Positions 9,709 through 19,593 of a stretch of DNA of 64,000 nucleotides are shown one piece after another. The position numbers and the translations under genes were made by a program. Source of the stretch: an uncultured delta proteobacterium (lineage in GTDB: Bacteria; Desulfobacterota; DSM-4660; Desulfatiglandales; HGW-15); NCBI GenBank assembly GCA_963702565.1, contig CAVPDE010000029.1, positions 1,439-65,438 of the forward strand, in the 5' to 3' direction. Positions within the stretch are counted from its first letter, which is position 1; the number at the start of each line of letters is the position of its first letter. The notes beneath the pieces are model-generated. The model was given only the letters and a program-made list of their open reading frames with translations, was not told where the DNA came from and ran no database searches.

Positions 9709-10813
9709 ATGCCTAGAAACAAAGTGGATCTTCCCTACCATGTGGAATACCTCTCCATTCTGGACGAGGAGGGGCGCCTGGATCAAGCCCTGGAGCCCAA
9801 GATCCCCGATGACCTCCTGCTCAAGCTCCACCGGGCCATGGTGCTTGGCCGGAGGTTTGACGAAAGATTGCTGAGCCTCCAGAGACAGGGCCGCATCGGG
9901 ACCTTTGCGCCCATTACCGGCCAGGAAGCCTCTCAGCTGGGGGCAGTGGCTCCTCTCATGCCCGGTGATTGGATGGCGCCCTCTTTCAGGGAGACGGCGG
10001 CTCAAATCTACCGGGGGCTTCCCCTGGAAAGCGTCATTCTGGGTTTCGGAGGATACAATGAGGCGGCTTCCCTCGTTAAAGAAGGGAATGATCTGCCCGT
10101 TGCGATTCCTGTGGCCTCCCAGGTGCTGCATGCGGTGGGCCTTGCCTGGGGAATGAAGTACCGCAAGAAACAGAACGTGGTCATGACCTTTTTCGGAGAC
10201 GGCGGTACTTCAGAGGGAGACTTTCATGAAGGCATGAATTTCGCAGCCGTTTACCAGGCGCCGGTGGTTTTCATCTGCCAGAATAACCAGTGGGCCATTT
10301 CAGTGCCGCGGAGCAAACAGACCCATTCCAAGACCATCGCCCAGAAGGCCCTGGCCTATGACATGCCGGGCATTCAGGTCGACGGAAACGATGTCCTTGC
10401 CGTGTATTCCGCTGCGAAAGAGGCCATAGACAGAGCGCGATCCGGGGGAGGACCGTCCCTGATCGAAAACGTGACCTACCGGATGATGATGCACACCACT
10501 GCGGATGACCCGAAGCGCTACCGCAAAGATGAAGAGGTGGAGGGTTGGAGAAAACGGGATCCCATTCAAAGGTTTCAGAAATATCTCAAAGACAAAGGAC
10601 TCCTTTCAGACCAGAAGATCGAGGAGCTGGAAGCTCAAGTGAAGGAGGAAATCCAAAAGGCTGTGGAGCACGCAGAAGAGCTGATGAAAAAGTACAGCGA
10701 ATCCCCTTCACATGTTTGAACACGCCTATGCGGAAATACCGGCTCATTTGAAAGAACAGAAAGAAGAGCTGAAGCGGGAATTGGCCGAAATGCCCAAGTC
10801 CATCGAGTCATAA
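9709..10813 (+). CDS. pdhA: Pyruvate/2-oxoacid dehydrogenase E1 alpha (frameshift ~10700)
   Basis: LQRQGRIG, GQEA, TPP motif GDGGTSEGDFHE...NNQWAIS, HTTADDP; C-terminus PLHMFEHAYAE continues in another frame to TAA 10813. Confidence 0.88.
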
Positions 10814-10927
10814 ATCCGGTGAAGAATTTATTCCCTCAGGACTTGGTACTGAGGGAGCCATTCTTCAGATTTAAAAACGTCGAATAGGACAAAGTATTTG
10901 CGAATCGAAGCACCAAGGAGGAAGACC

Positions 10928-11959
10928 ATGGCTAAGATGACGATGGTTCAAGCACTCAACCTGGCCCTTCGTCAGGAGATGGAAAAGGACGATCGGGTCA
11001 TCGTCCTTGGAGAGGATGTAGGCCGCGACGGAGGCGTTTTCAGGGTGACCGAGGGTCTGATCGATCAGTTCGGAGAGGAGAGGGTCCTGGACACCCCGCT
11101 TGCGGAGTCGGGCATTGCAGGAATGTCAATCGGCATGGCAATCTACGGTCTCAGGCCTGTTTGTGAGATCCAGTTCTCCGGATTCAGCTATTTCTGCATG
11201 CATCAGATCGAAGCTCACGCTTCGCGCATGAGGTGGCGTTCTCAGGGCAACCTGACGGTGCCCATGGTTCTTCGCTGCCCCTATGGCGGCGGCGTACGGG
11301 CGCTGGAGCACCACTCGGAGAGCCGCGAGGCCTTCTGGGCTCACATCCCTGGGCTGAAGATGGTCATTCCTTCAGGACCGCGAAATGCGAGGGCCCTCAT
11401 GATCAGTGCCATCCGCGACCCTGACCCCGTGATCTTCTATGAAGGCAAAGCTATTTACAGGGCGTTCCGGGAGGAAGTGCCCGGAAGCGGAGGAGACTCT
11501 CCCCATCGGCAAGGCCCAACGGATCCTCGAGGGGTAAGGACCTCACGATGATCTCTTATGGAGCCATGATGCGTCCTACGCTGGAGGCAGCCTGCCTTGC
11601 TCAAGGAAAAGGACGGGGTGGAGGCTGAAGTGATCGATCTGCTCACGATTTCTCCTCTGGATGAGGCGACGCTGGTGGAGTCGGTCAAAAAAACAGGCAA
11701 GGCGGTGATCGTCCATGAAGCCCCTCGGAGTTTCGGCCCAGGGGCGGAGATCGCTTCCCGGCTGATGGAAAAGGCCTTTTTCTATCTGGAAGCACCCATC
11801 GCCCGGGTCACGGGCTTTGATGTCGTCATCCCGTTGTTCAGCAAGGAGCAGGCTTACCTGCCGAATGCGCAGAGAATCATAAGGGCTGCCAGAAAGCTTG
11901 CTGAGTCAATAAAGGAGGAGAGTCATGGCAAGAGCGTTCAAACTGCCGGATCTGGGTGA
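10928..11959 (+). CDS. pdhB: 2-oxoacid dehydrogenase E1 beta (frameshifts ~11480-11600)
   Basis: GEDVGRDGGVFRVT, DTPLAESGI, EHHSES, EVIDLLTISPLD, VHEAP. Confidence 0.88.
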
Positions 11960-13217
11960 AGGCATCCACGAAGGGGAAGTTCTGTCCGTTCGTGTGGCCG
12001 TGGGCGACAAGGTGAAAGAAGGGGACATCATCCTGGAGGTCGAGACCGACAAGGCGGCGGTTGAAATCCCTTCGCCTTACACCGGCGTTGTTGAAGAGAT
12101 CCTGGTGAAACCGGGCGACACGGTCAAGGTCGGCCAGGTCCTCTTGACTTTCAGCGGCGCGGAAGAAGCGGCCCCGGTAAAAAAAGAAAAGCCGGAGAAA
12201 AAAGCTCCGGAGCCTCCCAAGGCGCCGCAGGAAATGAAACCGGAACCGTCGCGCAAGGAGGGCCCTGTGCCTGCCTCCCCTGCCACAAGACGTCTTGCCC
12301 GCGAACTGGGAGTCGACCTGCGCATGGTTACCGCTACCGGTCCCGGCGGTTTGGTGACGGCCGAGGACGTGAAGGGCTTCGCAGGAAAGAAAGAAAAGGT
12401 GGTGGAAGCCCCGGCGGCCGTTGTGACGGAAGAAAGACCCCAGGAGGCTCGTCCATTCGCACCGGCAGTGCCTAAACTACCCGATTTCTCGAAATGGGGA
12501 CCCATCGAACGGGTGCCCCTGCGGTCCATCCGAAAGGCCACGGCAAAGCAGATGACCCTCGCTTGGTCACAAATCCCCCACGTGAACAATCAGGATGTGG
12601 TGGACATGACAAAACTCGAGGAATTCCGGCGAAGGCACAAGGCGGAGATCGAGGCAAAGGGAGGAAAGCTGACGCCGACGGTCTTTGCGCTCAAGGCAGT
12701 TGCGGCAGCGCTCAAAGCGTACCCTAACTTCAATGCGTCATTGGACACGGAAGCAGGAGAAATCGTCGTCAAGCGCTATTACCACATCGGGGTTGCCGTG
12801 AATACCCCTGACGGCCTCATTGTTCCGGTGGTTAGGGATGTAGACAGGAAGAGCATCGTGGATCTGAGCATAGAACTGAAACAACTGATTGAAAAAACAA
12901 GAGCGCGAAAAACGACCTTAGAGGAGCTTCAGGGCGGAACCTTTTCCATCACGAACGTGGGCAACATGGGCGGAGGCCACTTTGTCCCCATAATCAATTA
13001 CCCGCAGGTGGCTATCCTGGGGATGGGAGCGGCTACCATGCAACCCGCGGTGACAGGCAATGAAAAGGACGGATATCAGATCGTGCCTCGCCTTCTCATG
13101 CCGCTCGTGCTTTGCATTGATCACAGGGTCCTGGATGGGGCAGATGCCATTCCCTTTATGAGGAAGATTGTGGAACTGCTTGAAGATCCGGAACAGCTCT
13201 TCATGATGATGACGTAG
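11925..13217 (+). CDS. pdhC: Dihydrolipoamide acyltransferase E2
   Basis: Lipoyl ETDKA, E3-binding ASPATRRLARELG, catalytic DHRVLDG. Confidence 0.93.
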   Translation: MARAFKLPDLGEGIHEGEVLSVRVAVGDKVKEGDIILEVETDKAAVEIPSPYTGVVEEILVKPGDTVKVGQVLLTFSGAEEAAPVKKEKPEKKAPEPPKAPQEMKPEPSRKEGPVPASPATRRLARELGVDLRMVTATGPGGLVTAEDVKGFAGKKEKVVEAPAAVVTEERPQEARPFAPAVPKLPDFSKWGPIERVPLRSIRKATAKQMTLAWSQIPHVNNQDVVDMTKLEEFRRRHKAEIEAKGGKLTPTVFALKAVAAALKAYPNFNASLDTEAGEIVVKRYYHIGVAVNTPDGLIVPVVRDVDRKSIVDLSIELKQLIEKTRARKTTLEELQGGTFSITNVGNMGGGHFVPIINYPQVAILGMGAATMQPAVTGNEKDGYQIVPRLLMPLVLCIDHRVLDGADAIPFMRKIVELLEDPEQLFMMMT

Positions 13218-13230
13218 GTTGTTGAATAGA

Positions 13231-13342
13231 AGTGACAAGTGACGAGTAACGAGTGACAAGTTTGTCTTCCTTTCTCGTTACTTGCCCTTCGACTTGGCTC
13301 AGGGCCGTGAGCTCGTCGAACGGTTACTCGTCACTCGTTACT
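13231..13342. repeat. Inverted 7-mer tandem-repeat pair with a nested 39-bp palindromic insert
   Basis: AGTGAC(A/G) x4 (13231-13258); reverse arm CTCGTTA/CTCGTCA is interrupted by CCCTTCGAC...GTCGAACGG (13285-13323). Confidence 0.8.
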
Positions 13343-13379
13343 GAAATGGACGTGCTTCGGATTTCCATGGAGGTGTCCC

Positions 13380-14849
13380 ATGGTCATGGGTGAGTTGGTG
13401 CAGGAGACACAGGTCCTGGTCATCGGGAGCGGACCGGGCGGGTATGCGGCTGCTTTCAGGGCAGCGGATCTCGGTCTCGAGGTCACTATGGTGGACGTGG
13501 CAGCGAGACCCGGCGGGGAGTGCCTTTACCGTGGGTGCATTCCCTCAAAGACCCTGCTCTACCTGTCGGAGCTTCTCCATGATGCGCATCGCGCCAAAAA
13601 CATGGGCATCACTTTTGGTGAGCCCCAAGTTGACCTTGCGAAAATTCGCGCGTGGAAAGAAGAGGTCATCGACAAGCTGGCCTCAGGGCTGGTGACCCTG
13701 AGCAACAAGAGGGGCGTGCAGCTCATCAAGGGGCGAGCGGTTTTTGAACGCTCCGACAAAGTCCGTCTTCAAGATTCAGAAGTCAGCCACATCAAGTTCC
13801 GCCACGCCATTTTGGCCACAGGGTCTAAACCGGCTCCTTTTCAGGGGATAGCCTTTGAACATGGAAGCCGGATCATGGATTCTGCTGTAGCGCTCGATCT
13901 GGCCGACATCCCCGAGCGGCTTCTCATTCTGGGCGGAGGGTACATCGCCCTGGAGATGGGAACGGTGTATGCCTCTCTGGGAAGCCAGGTGACCCTCGCC
14001 GTTCGAGGAGACCGTCTTCTGCGAGGAGCAGATCCGGATCTTGCTGTTCCGCTCATGAGGCGACTGAAGGAACTTTTCAGTTCAATTCATTTCAATACCA
14101 AAGCCTCATTCATCAAGGAGAAGGAAAACCAGGTCGAAGTGGGCCTGGAGGGAGAAGCGGAAAAGCCCAAGCAAACCTATGACCGTGTGCTCATTGCCAT
14201 GGGCCGCCAGCCCAATACGAAAGAGATCGGACTCGAGAACACCAAGGTGAAGGTGAACGAGAAAGGCTTTGTGGTGGTTGACGAACAGCAGCGCACTTCA
14301 GATCCGAAGATCTTTGCCGTGGGGGATTTGGCAGGCGAACCCATGCTGGCCCACAAGGCGTTTCGAGAAGGGAAGGTGGCTGCTGAGGTCATAGCAGGCC
14401 AGCCTGCGGCTTTTGATGTGCAGGCCATTCCTGCGGTGGTTTACACAGACCCCCAGGTGGCCTGGGCAGGGCTGACAGAAGAGCAAGCCCGAAAACAGCA
14501 GCGACCTGTCCGGATCGAACGATTTCCCTGGAAGTTCTCGAACCGGGCCATTACCATGGGCGCGACAGAGGGGCTCACGAAGATAATCGCCGACCCTGAA
14601 ACCGGAAGAGTGCTGGGAATCGGTATCTCAGGAAGGAGCGCAGAGGGAATGGTTTCCGAAGGAGTCCTGGCCATCGAGATGGGCGCCCTTGTTCAGGACA
14701 TGGGTCTCAGCATTCATCCCCACCCGACGCTTTCAGAGACCGTGGGAGAGGCTGCGGAAATTTTCCTCGGCAGCGTGACCCATCTCCTGCCGAAAAAAAG
14801 AGAAGTGATCGAAGGGCATCGGAAATTGGGGTCAAAGGACCTCGGATAA
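13380..14849 (+). CDS. lpdA: Dihydrolipoyl dehydrogenase E3
   Basis: GSGPGGY, GGECLYRGCIPSK, HPHPTLSE. Confidence 0.96.
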   Translation: MVMGELVQETQVLVIGSGPGGYAAAFRAADLGLEVTMVDVAARPGGECLYRGCIPSKTLLYLSELLHDAHRAKNMGITFGEPQVDLAKIRAWKEEVIDKLASGLVTLSNKRGVQLIKGRAVFERSDKVRLQDSEVSHIKFRHAILATGSKPAPFQGIAFEHGSRIMDSAVALDLADIPERLLILGGGYIALEMGTVYASLGSQVTLAVRGDRLLRGADPDLAVPLMRRLKELFSSIHFNTKASFIKEKENQVEVGLEGEAEKPKQTYDRVLIAMGRQPNTKEIGLENTKVKVNEKGFVVVDEQQRTSDPKIFAVGDLAGEPMLAHKAFREGKVAAEVIAGQPAAFDVQAIPAVVYTDPQVAWAGLTEEQARKQQRPVRIERFPWKFSNRAITMGATEGLTKIIADPETGRVLGIGISGRSAEGMVSEGVLAIEMGALVQDMGLSIHPHPTLSETVGEAAEIFLGSVTHLLPKKREVIEGHRKLGSKDLG

Positions 14850-14868
14850 GGATTGAGGAGAAGGGATC

Positions 14869-16884
14869 ATGAAGAGAATAGTGTGGACAGTATTCTTTTG
14901 GGCACTGGCCTTTATCGGTTCTGTGGCGTTTGCTGCGGAGCAGGGCAAAATCAAGGATACGGAGTCGGCTGCGCACGGCGACGATGCAGCCAAGCATCAG
15001 ATCGTGGACACTTACAAGTTTCCGGGCTTTGAGGTGGTCCAGATCAACCTGCCGGTGCTCTCCCACTATTCCTACATCCTGGTCTCCGGCAAGGAGGCTC
15101 TGATCGTGGATCCGGACCGGGATGTGCAGTTTTACCTGGACTTTGTTTCCAAGAACCGCCTGACGATCAAGGGGGTGTATCTGACTCACTCCCATGCCGA
15201 TTTTGTGGCCGGGCATCTGGAGATCGTCAAGGTGGTTGATTGCCCGATCTATCAGAGCGCCGCCAGCGGCGCGGCCTACAAGATCAACCCCATGAAGGAA
15301 GGCTCGACCTTCAGGATCGGTTCCGCCATTGTGAAAGTCCTGGAGACGCCCGGACACACACCGGACGGGACCTGCGGTCTTGTCTTCAGCGGAGAGGAAG
15401 ACAAGGTGGGCCAGGTCCTCTTTACTGGCGACACTCTTTTTGTCGGCAGCGTCGGGCGTCCGGACCTGCTGGAGGGCAAGATGACGGCTGCGTCGCTCGC
15501 GTCCATGGGTTTTGACACCTGGAATAACAAACTCTCCAAACTGGCCGACTCCGTCATGGTGCTGCCGGCCCATGGAGCGGGCAGCCTCTGCGGGGCGCAC
15601 TTGAGCGACAGTCCCAAGAGCACCATCGGCGCCGAGCGGGCCTCCAACCCCTACTTCATTCTCAAAGGCCGATCGGAGTTCATCGCAGCGGTGTTGAAGG
15701 ATTTGCCGGAGGCGCCTCAGTACTTCAAGCACAATGCCGCCACGAACCGGCAGGGACCGGCCCTGGTCAACTGGGCCGCGCCTCTGCCCGCAGAAGTCAA
15801 GGCCGAGCAAGCGTTGATGGACACGTCGAAGGTCTACGTCGTGGACATTCGGGACTCCTCGGTTTATGCGGCCGAACACATTCCCCGTTCCGTTAATATC
15901 GGAATCCGAGGGAGGTTCGAGACCTGGGTGGGAATCATGGTCCCATGGACCATGCATGAGTCGGACAAACTCGTGGTCCTGGGCAGCAAGGCGGAACTCA
16001 AGGAAGCCCTTTACCGACTCCACCGCATCGGGTACGAAGCCGGCGTGCTCACGCCGGAGAGCTGGAAGGCCGCCAAGCTGCCGACCAAGAAGGTTGACTT
16101 CATCAAGCCTTCCGAGCTTTACAGCCAGATGAAGGCAGGGACCGGCCCGATCATCGTGGACGTGCGGCTGCCCAGCGAATGGATGGGCCTGAGGATAGGG
16201 GAGGTCGTGAACCTTCCCCTGACCCATCTGAGCGAGCTGTCGTCCAAGCTTGATCCGTCTCAGCCTGTCGTGACGGTCTGCAATTCCGCCTACCGGTCGA
16301 GCATGGCCATCGGGCTTTTGGAAGCCAAGGGATTCCAGAAAGTGACCTCCCTTGCCGGAGGCAGCGAGGCGTGGATCGATGCCGGGCTTCCCGTCTATGG
16401 TGCTGAGACGGCAATCCCTGCTGCCGGAGCCGGCCCGGTCAAGCGGGAGATCCGGCTGGCCGATCGGATGTCGGCCGATGAGTTGCGCCGCCTGGCCAAG
16501 GACCTGCCGGGGACCTTCGACCTGGTGGATATCCGGCCCGCGGATCAGTTCAAGGATTATCACATTCCGGGCTCACGGAATGCCGATATCGCCGAAGTGC
16601 TCAGCAACCCGGCCTACCTGACCGGTGCCGGGCCGCTCATCCTCGTTGATCGCGACGGCTCGCTGGCCATGCAGATCGCCGGCATCCTGTCCCAGAAAAC
16701 ACAGAGGACCATCAAGGCCCTGCACGGCGGCCTGGAAGCATACTGGAAGGACAGCGGCTGGAAGGAGTCAGGTAAGGCAGTCGTCGCACCGGCTCCGCCT
16801 GCGCTTCCTGCTGCTCCTGCTAAACCGGAGGCGCCCAAAGCAGAACCGCCAAAGGCTCCCAAGAAGAAATCCGCGGGGTGTTGA
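14869..16884 (+). CDS. Exported MBL-fold (persulfide-dioxygenase-like) protein with three rhodanese domains
   Basis: Sec signal MKRIVW...AFA; THSHADF, PGHT, GDTLFVGSVGRPDL, PAHGAGSLCG; rhodanese VCNSAYRS; Pro/Ala tail ending KKKSAGC. Confidence 0.88.
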   Translation: MKRIVWTVFFWALAFIGSVAFAAEQGKIKDTESAAHGDDAAKHQIVDTYKFPGFEVVQINLPVLSHYSYILVSGKEALIVDPDRDVQFYLDFVSKNRLTIKGVYLTHSHADFVAGHLEIVKVVDCPIYQSAASGAAYKINPMKEGSTFRIGSAIVKVLETPGHTPDGTCGLVFSGEEDKVGQVLFTGDTLFVGSVGRPDLLEGKMTAASLASMGFDTWNNKLSKLADSVMVLPAHGAGSLCGAHLSDSPKSTIGAERASNPYFILKGRSEFIAAVLKDLPEAPQYFKHNAATNRQGPALVNWAAPLPAEVKAEQALMDTSKVYVVDIRDSSVYAAEHIPRSVNIGIRGRFETWVGIMVPWTMHESDKLVVLGSKAELKEALYRLHRIGYEAGVLTPESWKAAKLPTKKVDFIKPSELYSQMKAGTGPIIVDVRLPSEWMGLRIGEVVNLPLTHLSELSSKLDPSQPVVTVCNSAYRSSMAIGLLEAKGFQKVTSLAGGSEAWIDAGLPVYGAETAIPAAGAGPVKREIRLADRMSADELRRLAKDLPGTFDLVDIRPADQFKDYHIPGSRNADIAEVLSNPAYLTGAGPLILVDRDGSLAMQIAGILSQKTQRTIKALHGGLEAYWKDSGWKESGKAVVAPAPPALPAAPAKPEAPKAEPPKAPKKKSAGC

Positions 16885-16886
16885 TC

Positions 16887-17405
16887 ATGAAAGAGTCCAT
16901 GGGACCCAAACCGTACATGAATCCGTACCTGGCAGGGGTGATTCTCGGCCTGACGCTCCTGGCCTCTTATCTTGTGCTCGGAGCCGGGCTCGGGGCATCC
17001 GGCGGCATCGCACGAATCGCCGCTTATCTCGAGGGCGGGCTTGCGCCTTCCCACGTCGGCTCCAGCGAGTACTTCGGGGCATGGGGAAAGGAACCTCTCA
17101 ATTACTACCTTGTCTTCATGTTCTTCGGCGTGTTTGCGGGAGGCTTGGTCTCCGCAGTCCTAAGCCGAAGATTGAAATTTCAGGTCGAGCGAGGCCTAAA
17201 GGCCCCAAGACAATTTCGCCTCGTGCTGGCCTTGGCCGGGGGCGTGCTGGCCGGTTTCGCGAGCCGTTTGGCCCAGGGCTGCACCTCGGGACAGGCTCTG
17301 TCCGGAAGCGCCATGCTCCTCTCAGGCAGCCTGGTCTTCTTGATCTGCGTCTTTGCCGGGGGGTATGCGGCGGCATGGTTCGTAAGGAGGCAGTGGCATG
17401 ATTAG
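16887..17405 (+). CDS. YeeE/YedE-family sulfur transporter half (GCTSG type)
   Basis: NPYLAGV, GLGASG, RLAQGCTSG. Confidence 0.88.
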   Translation: MKESMGPKPYMNPYLAGVILGLTLLASYLVLGAGLGASGGIARIAAYLEGGLAPSHVGSSEYFGAWGKEPLNYYLVFMFFGVFAGGLVSAVLSRRLKFQVERGLKAPRQFRLVLALAGGVLAGFASRLAQGCTSGQALSGSAMLLSGSLVFLICVFAGGYAAAWFVRRQWHD

Positions 17406-19401
17406 CACGTTCTTCGGAGTGGATGCGCTGTCTTCGTCGGCCGCCATGGCGGCCGCGTTCCTGATCGGACTGGCCTTCGGATTTTCCCTGGAACAGGCGG
17501 GTTTCGGCAGTTCCCGCCGGTTGGCGGGCATCTTCTACTTCCGGGATATGGCGGTACTGAAGGTCATGTTCACGGCGCTGCTCGTGGCCATGCTGGGGCT
17601 CCAGTATGCGAGCGGACTGGGGCTGATCACCGAAGATCAGCTCTTTTTCATGCCCAGCATCTACGGACCGCAGATCGTGGGCGGATTGATTTTCGGAGTG
17701 GGCTTTGTCATGGGCGCCTGGTGCCCGGGCACGGCTGCGGTCGGTCTGGCTTCAGGCCGTATGGACGCTCTGGTGTTCCTCGCCGGAGCGGGTCTGGGGA
17801 GCGTTTTCTTCAACGAACTCTTCGGCGTTTTAAGAGGCCTCTACACCTGGGGAGACAGGGGCGTTCGGTTTGCCTGGCAGGACCTGGGCCTGTCGGCTGT
17901 GGGATTCGGCTTCCTGCTGGTGGCGGTGGCGCTGGTCCTGTTTTGGGGAGCCGAGTACCTGGAGAAGCGCAGGGCAGTCGGCGGTGAGTATTGGCGAAGC
18001 CCCTTTCTGCGGTCCTTCAGCTCTGTCATGATCCTTCTCGCCCTTGGCCTGATGGCCATGGAGGGAAGGGTTGCGGGCGACAGGCCTGCAGGCCTTCAGA
18101 TAAGCACCTCCGCCATGTTGGCGGAGATTGAATCGGCAAAGGACCACATGGAGCCGGAAGAACTGGCCGACCGGCTGATGCGGGGAGAGCCGGGGCTCAT
18201 GGCGGTCGACATCCGTCCGGCAGAGGAGTATGCGGAGTTTCACATTCGCGGCGCAGTCAACATCTCCATGGCCGATTTGCCGGAGGCCCTTGCGGGCAGG
18301 GAGAACAAGGGCATTATCGTCCTTTATTCCAACGGCATGACCCACCCGGCCCAGGCGCGTGACGCCCTGTTCCGAATGGGTTTCACGAACGTGTACCTGC
18401 TCACGGACGGCCTTGTGGGGTTTATCGACCGGATTCTGAAGCCTGCTTCCCTCAGGACAGAACCGCTGTCGGCGGAGCAGAGGGCCAGAATCAACTCGTG
18501 GCGGCAGTGCTTCCTCGGTTCGGAAAAACCACAGCCGGCTCAAGCCGGGCCGGAAGAGTCTCTGGCCGTCTCTCAACCTGTTGCACCCAAGTGGCCGGGC
18601 CTGGTGGAGCCTGCGTGGCTGGCCGAGAACCTCGGCAATCGTGAAGTCCGGGTCATCGAAGTTCGGGCTCAAGCCCAGTACAACAGCGGCCACATCCCAG
18701 GTTCCGTGTGCGTTTCCCATGACAACTTCCGTGGCGTGGTGGGCGGCGTCTCCTCCATGCTGCAGCCCCCTGAGCTGCTGGCTTGGCACATGTCCCTCAT
18801 GGGAATCCGGCCCACGGACAGGGTGATCCTCGTTCCCGATGACAAACCCCATGATGCGACCTTGGTGGCCATGGCATTTGCGCGTCTAGGCCATACACGT
18901 TTCGGGATCCTCAACGGAGGCTTCCCGCGCTGGATCCATGAAAAGCGTCCTGTCACGACGGAACTGCCTCAGGTTGAGAAGTCCCAATACCCGGTTCCCT
19001 CTCCCGATGTCTTTACGGTGACGCACAAGGAAATCATGGAGGTCCTCAAGGCTGCGGATCATGTCATCCTTGATGTCCGTCCAACGGAATACTACACGGG
19101 GGAGAAGGTGGATGAAGCCCGGGGCGGGCACATCCCCGGAGCCAAGAGCCGGCCCTACACAGAAGACCTTTTCAAGTACGGCAAGGTCACCCTGCTAAAG
19201 CCGTTGGAGGAACTCGCCAATGCTTACACTTCCCTCGTGCCCAATAAGCAGGCGACGGTGATCATCCACTGCCGCACCGGCCATCAGGCCAGCCAGACCT
19301 TTTTTGTGATGCGATACCTGCTGGGCTATGAGAGGGTGTTGTGGTATGACGCAGGCTGGTCTGAGTGGGCGGCGAGAAGCGAATTGCCCGTTGAGAAGTA
19401 G
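17398..19401 (+). CDS. YeeE/YedE half (CPGT type) fused to three rhodanese/sulfurtransferase domains
   Basis: GLAFGFSLEQAGF, GAWCPGT; GHIPGS, GHIPGA, active-site HCRTGHQA, YDAGWSEW. Confidence 0.88.
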   Translation: MISTFFGVDALSSSAAMAAAFLIGLAFGFSLEQAGFGSSRRLAGIFYFRDMAVLKVMFTALLVAMLGLQYASGLGLITEDQLFFMPSIYGPQIVGGLIFGVGFVMGAWCPGTAAVGLASGRMDALVFLAGAGLGSVFFNELFGVLRGLYTWGDRGVRFAWQDLGLSAVGFGFLLVAVALVLFWGAEYLEKRRAVGGEYWRSPFLRSFSSVMILLALGLMAMEGRVAGDRPAGLQISTSAMLAEIESAKDHMEPEELADRLMRGEPGLMAVDIRPAEEYAEFHIRGAVNISMADLPEALAGRENKGIIVLYSNGMTHPAQARDALFRMGFTNVYLLTDGLVGFIDRILKPASLRTEPLSAEQRARINSWRQCFLGSEKPQPAQAGPEESLAVSQPVAPKWPGLVEPAWLAENLGNREVRVIEVRAQAQYNSGHIPGSVCVSHDNFRGVVGGVSSMLQPPELLAWHMSLMGIRPTDRVILVPDDKPHDATLVAMAFARLGHTRFGILNGGFPRWIHEKRPVTTELPQVEKSQYPVPSPDVFTVTHKEIMEVLKAADHVILDVRPTEYYTGEKVDEARGGHIPGAKSRPYTEDLFKYGKVTLLKPLEELANAYTSLVPNKQATVIIHCRTGHQASQTFFVMRYLLGYERVLWYDAGWSEWAARSELPVEK

Positions 19402-19527
19402 CAGGTTGCTGAAAAACGCCCATCTACGGCGTTGCCCTCACCCCTCGTCGTTGCGATGTACTGGACTGTACGTCTCACTCCTCGGGATTTCGGGTGCCTT
19501 GTATCTGGGCGTTTTTGAGCAACCTGC
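19401..19527. mobile_element. MITE-like element (127 bp)
   Basis: 22-bp terminal inverted repeats GCAGGTTGCTGAAAAACGCCCA / TGGGCGTTTTTGAGCAACCTGC (1 mismatch); no credible internal gene. Confidence 0.75.
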
Positions 19528-19593
19528 CAGCAGTGCCTTTCTCGGCACACTGATAATGCAAAGAGCGTTCGGAAGATTTTTTGAGAGGGGGAA

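Noticed and set aside
9709-11959. pdhA/pdhB (also Roco and nuoF copy 1) as pseudogenes or programmed frameshifts
   Set aside because: The 1-bp indels, several in homopolymers, occur in otherwise intact genes, and nuoF copy 2 is intact. Sequencing error is the simpler explanation, though reads are needed to confirm.
14707-16563. Long antisense ORFs (also 1153-2055, 17830-18852, 25767-26810, 27451-28584)
   Set aside because: Shadows of GC-rich genes on the opposite strand, with no motifs.
16879-16890. TGT-TGA read as a C-terminal Cys-Sec pair
   Set aside because: Only a 4-bp stem follows, with no convincing SECIS, and the TGA sits where the next gene starts. It cannot be fully excluded without homolog alignment.
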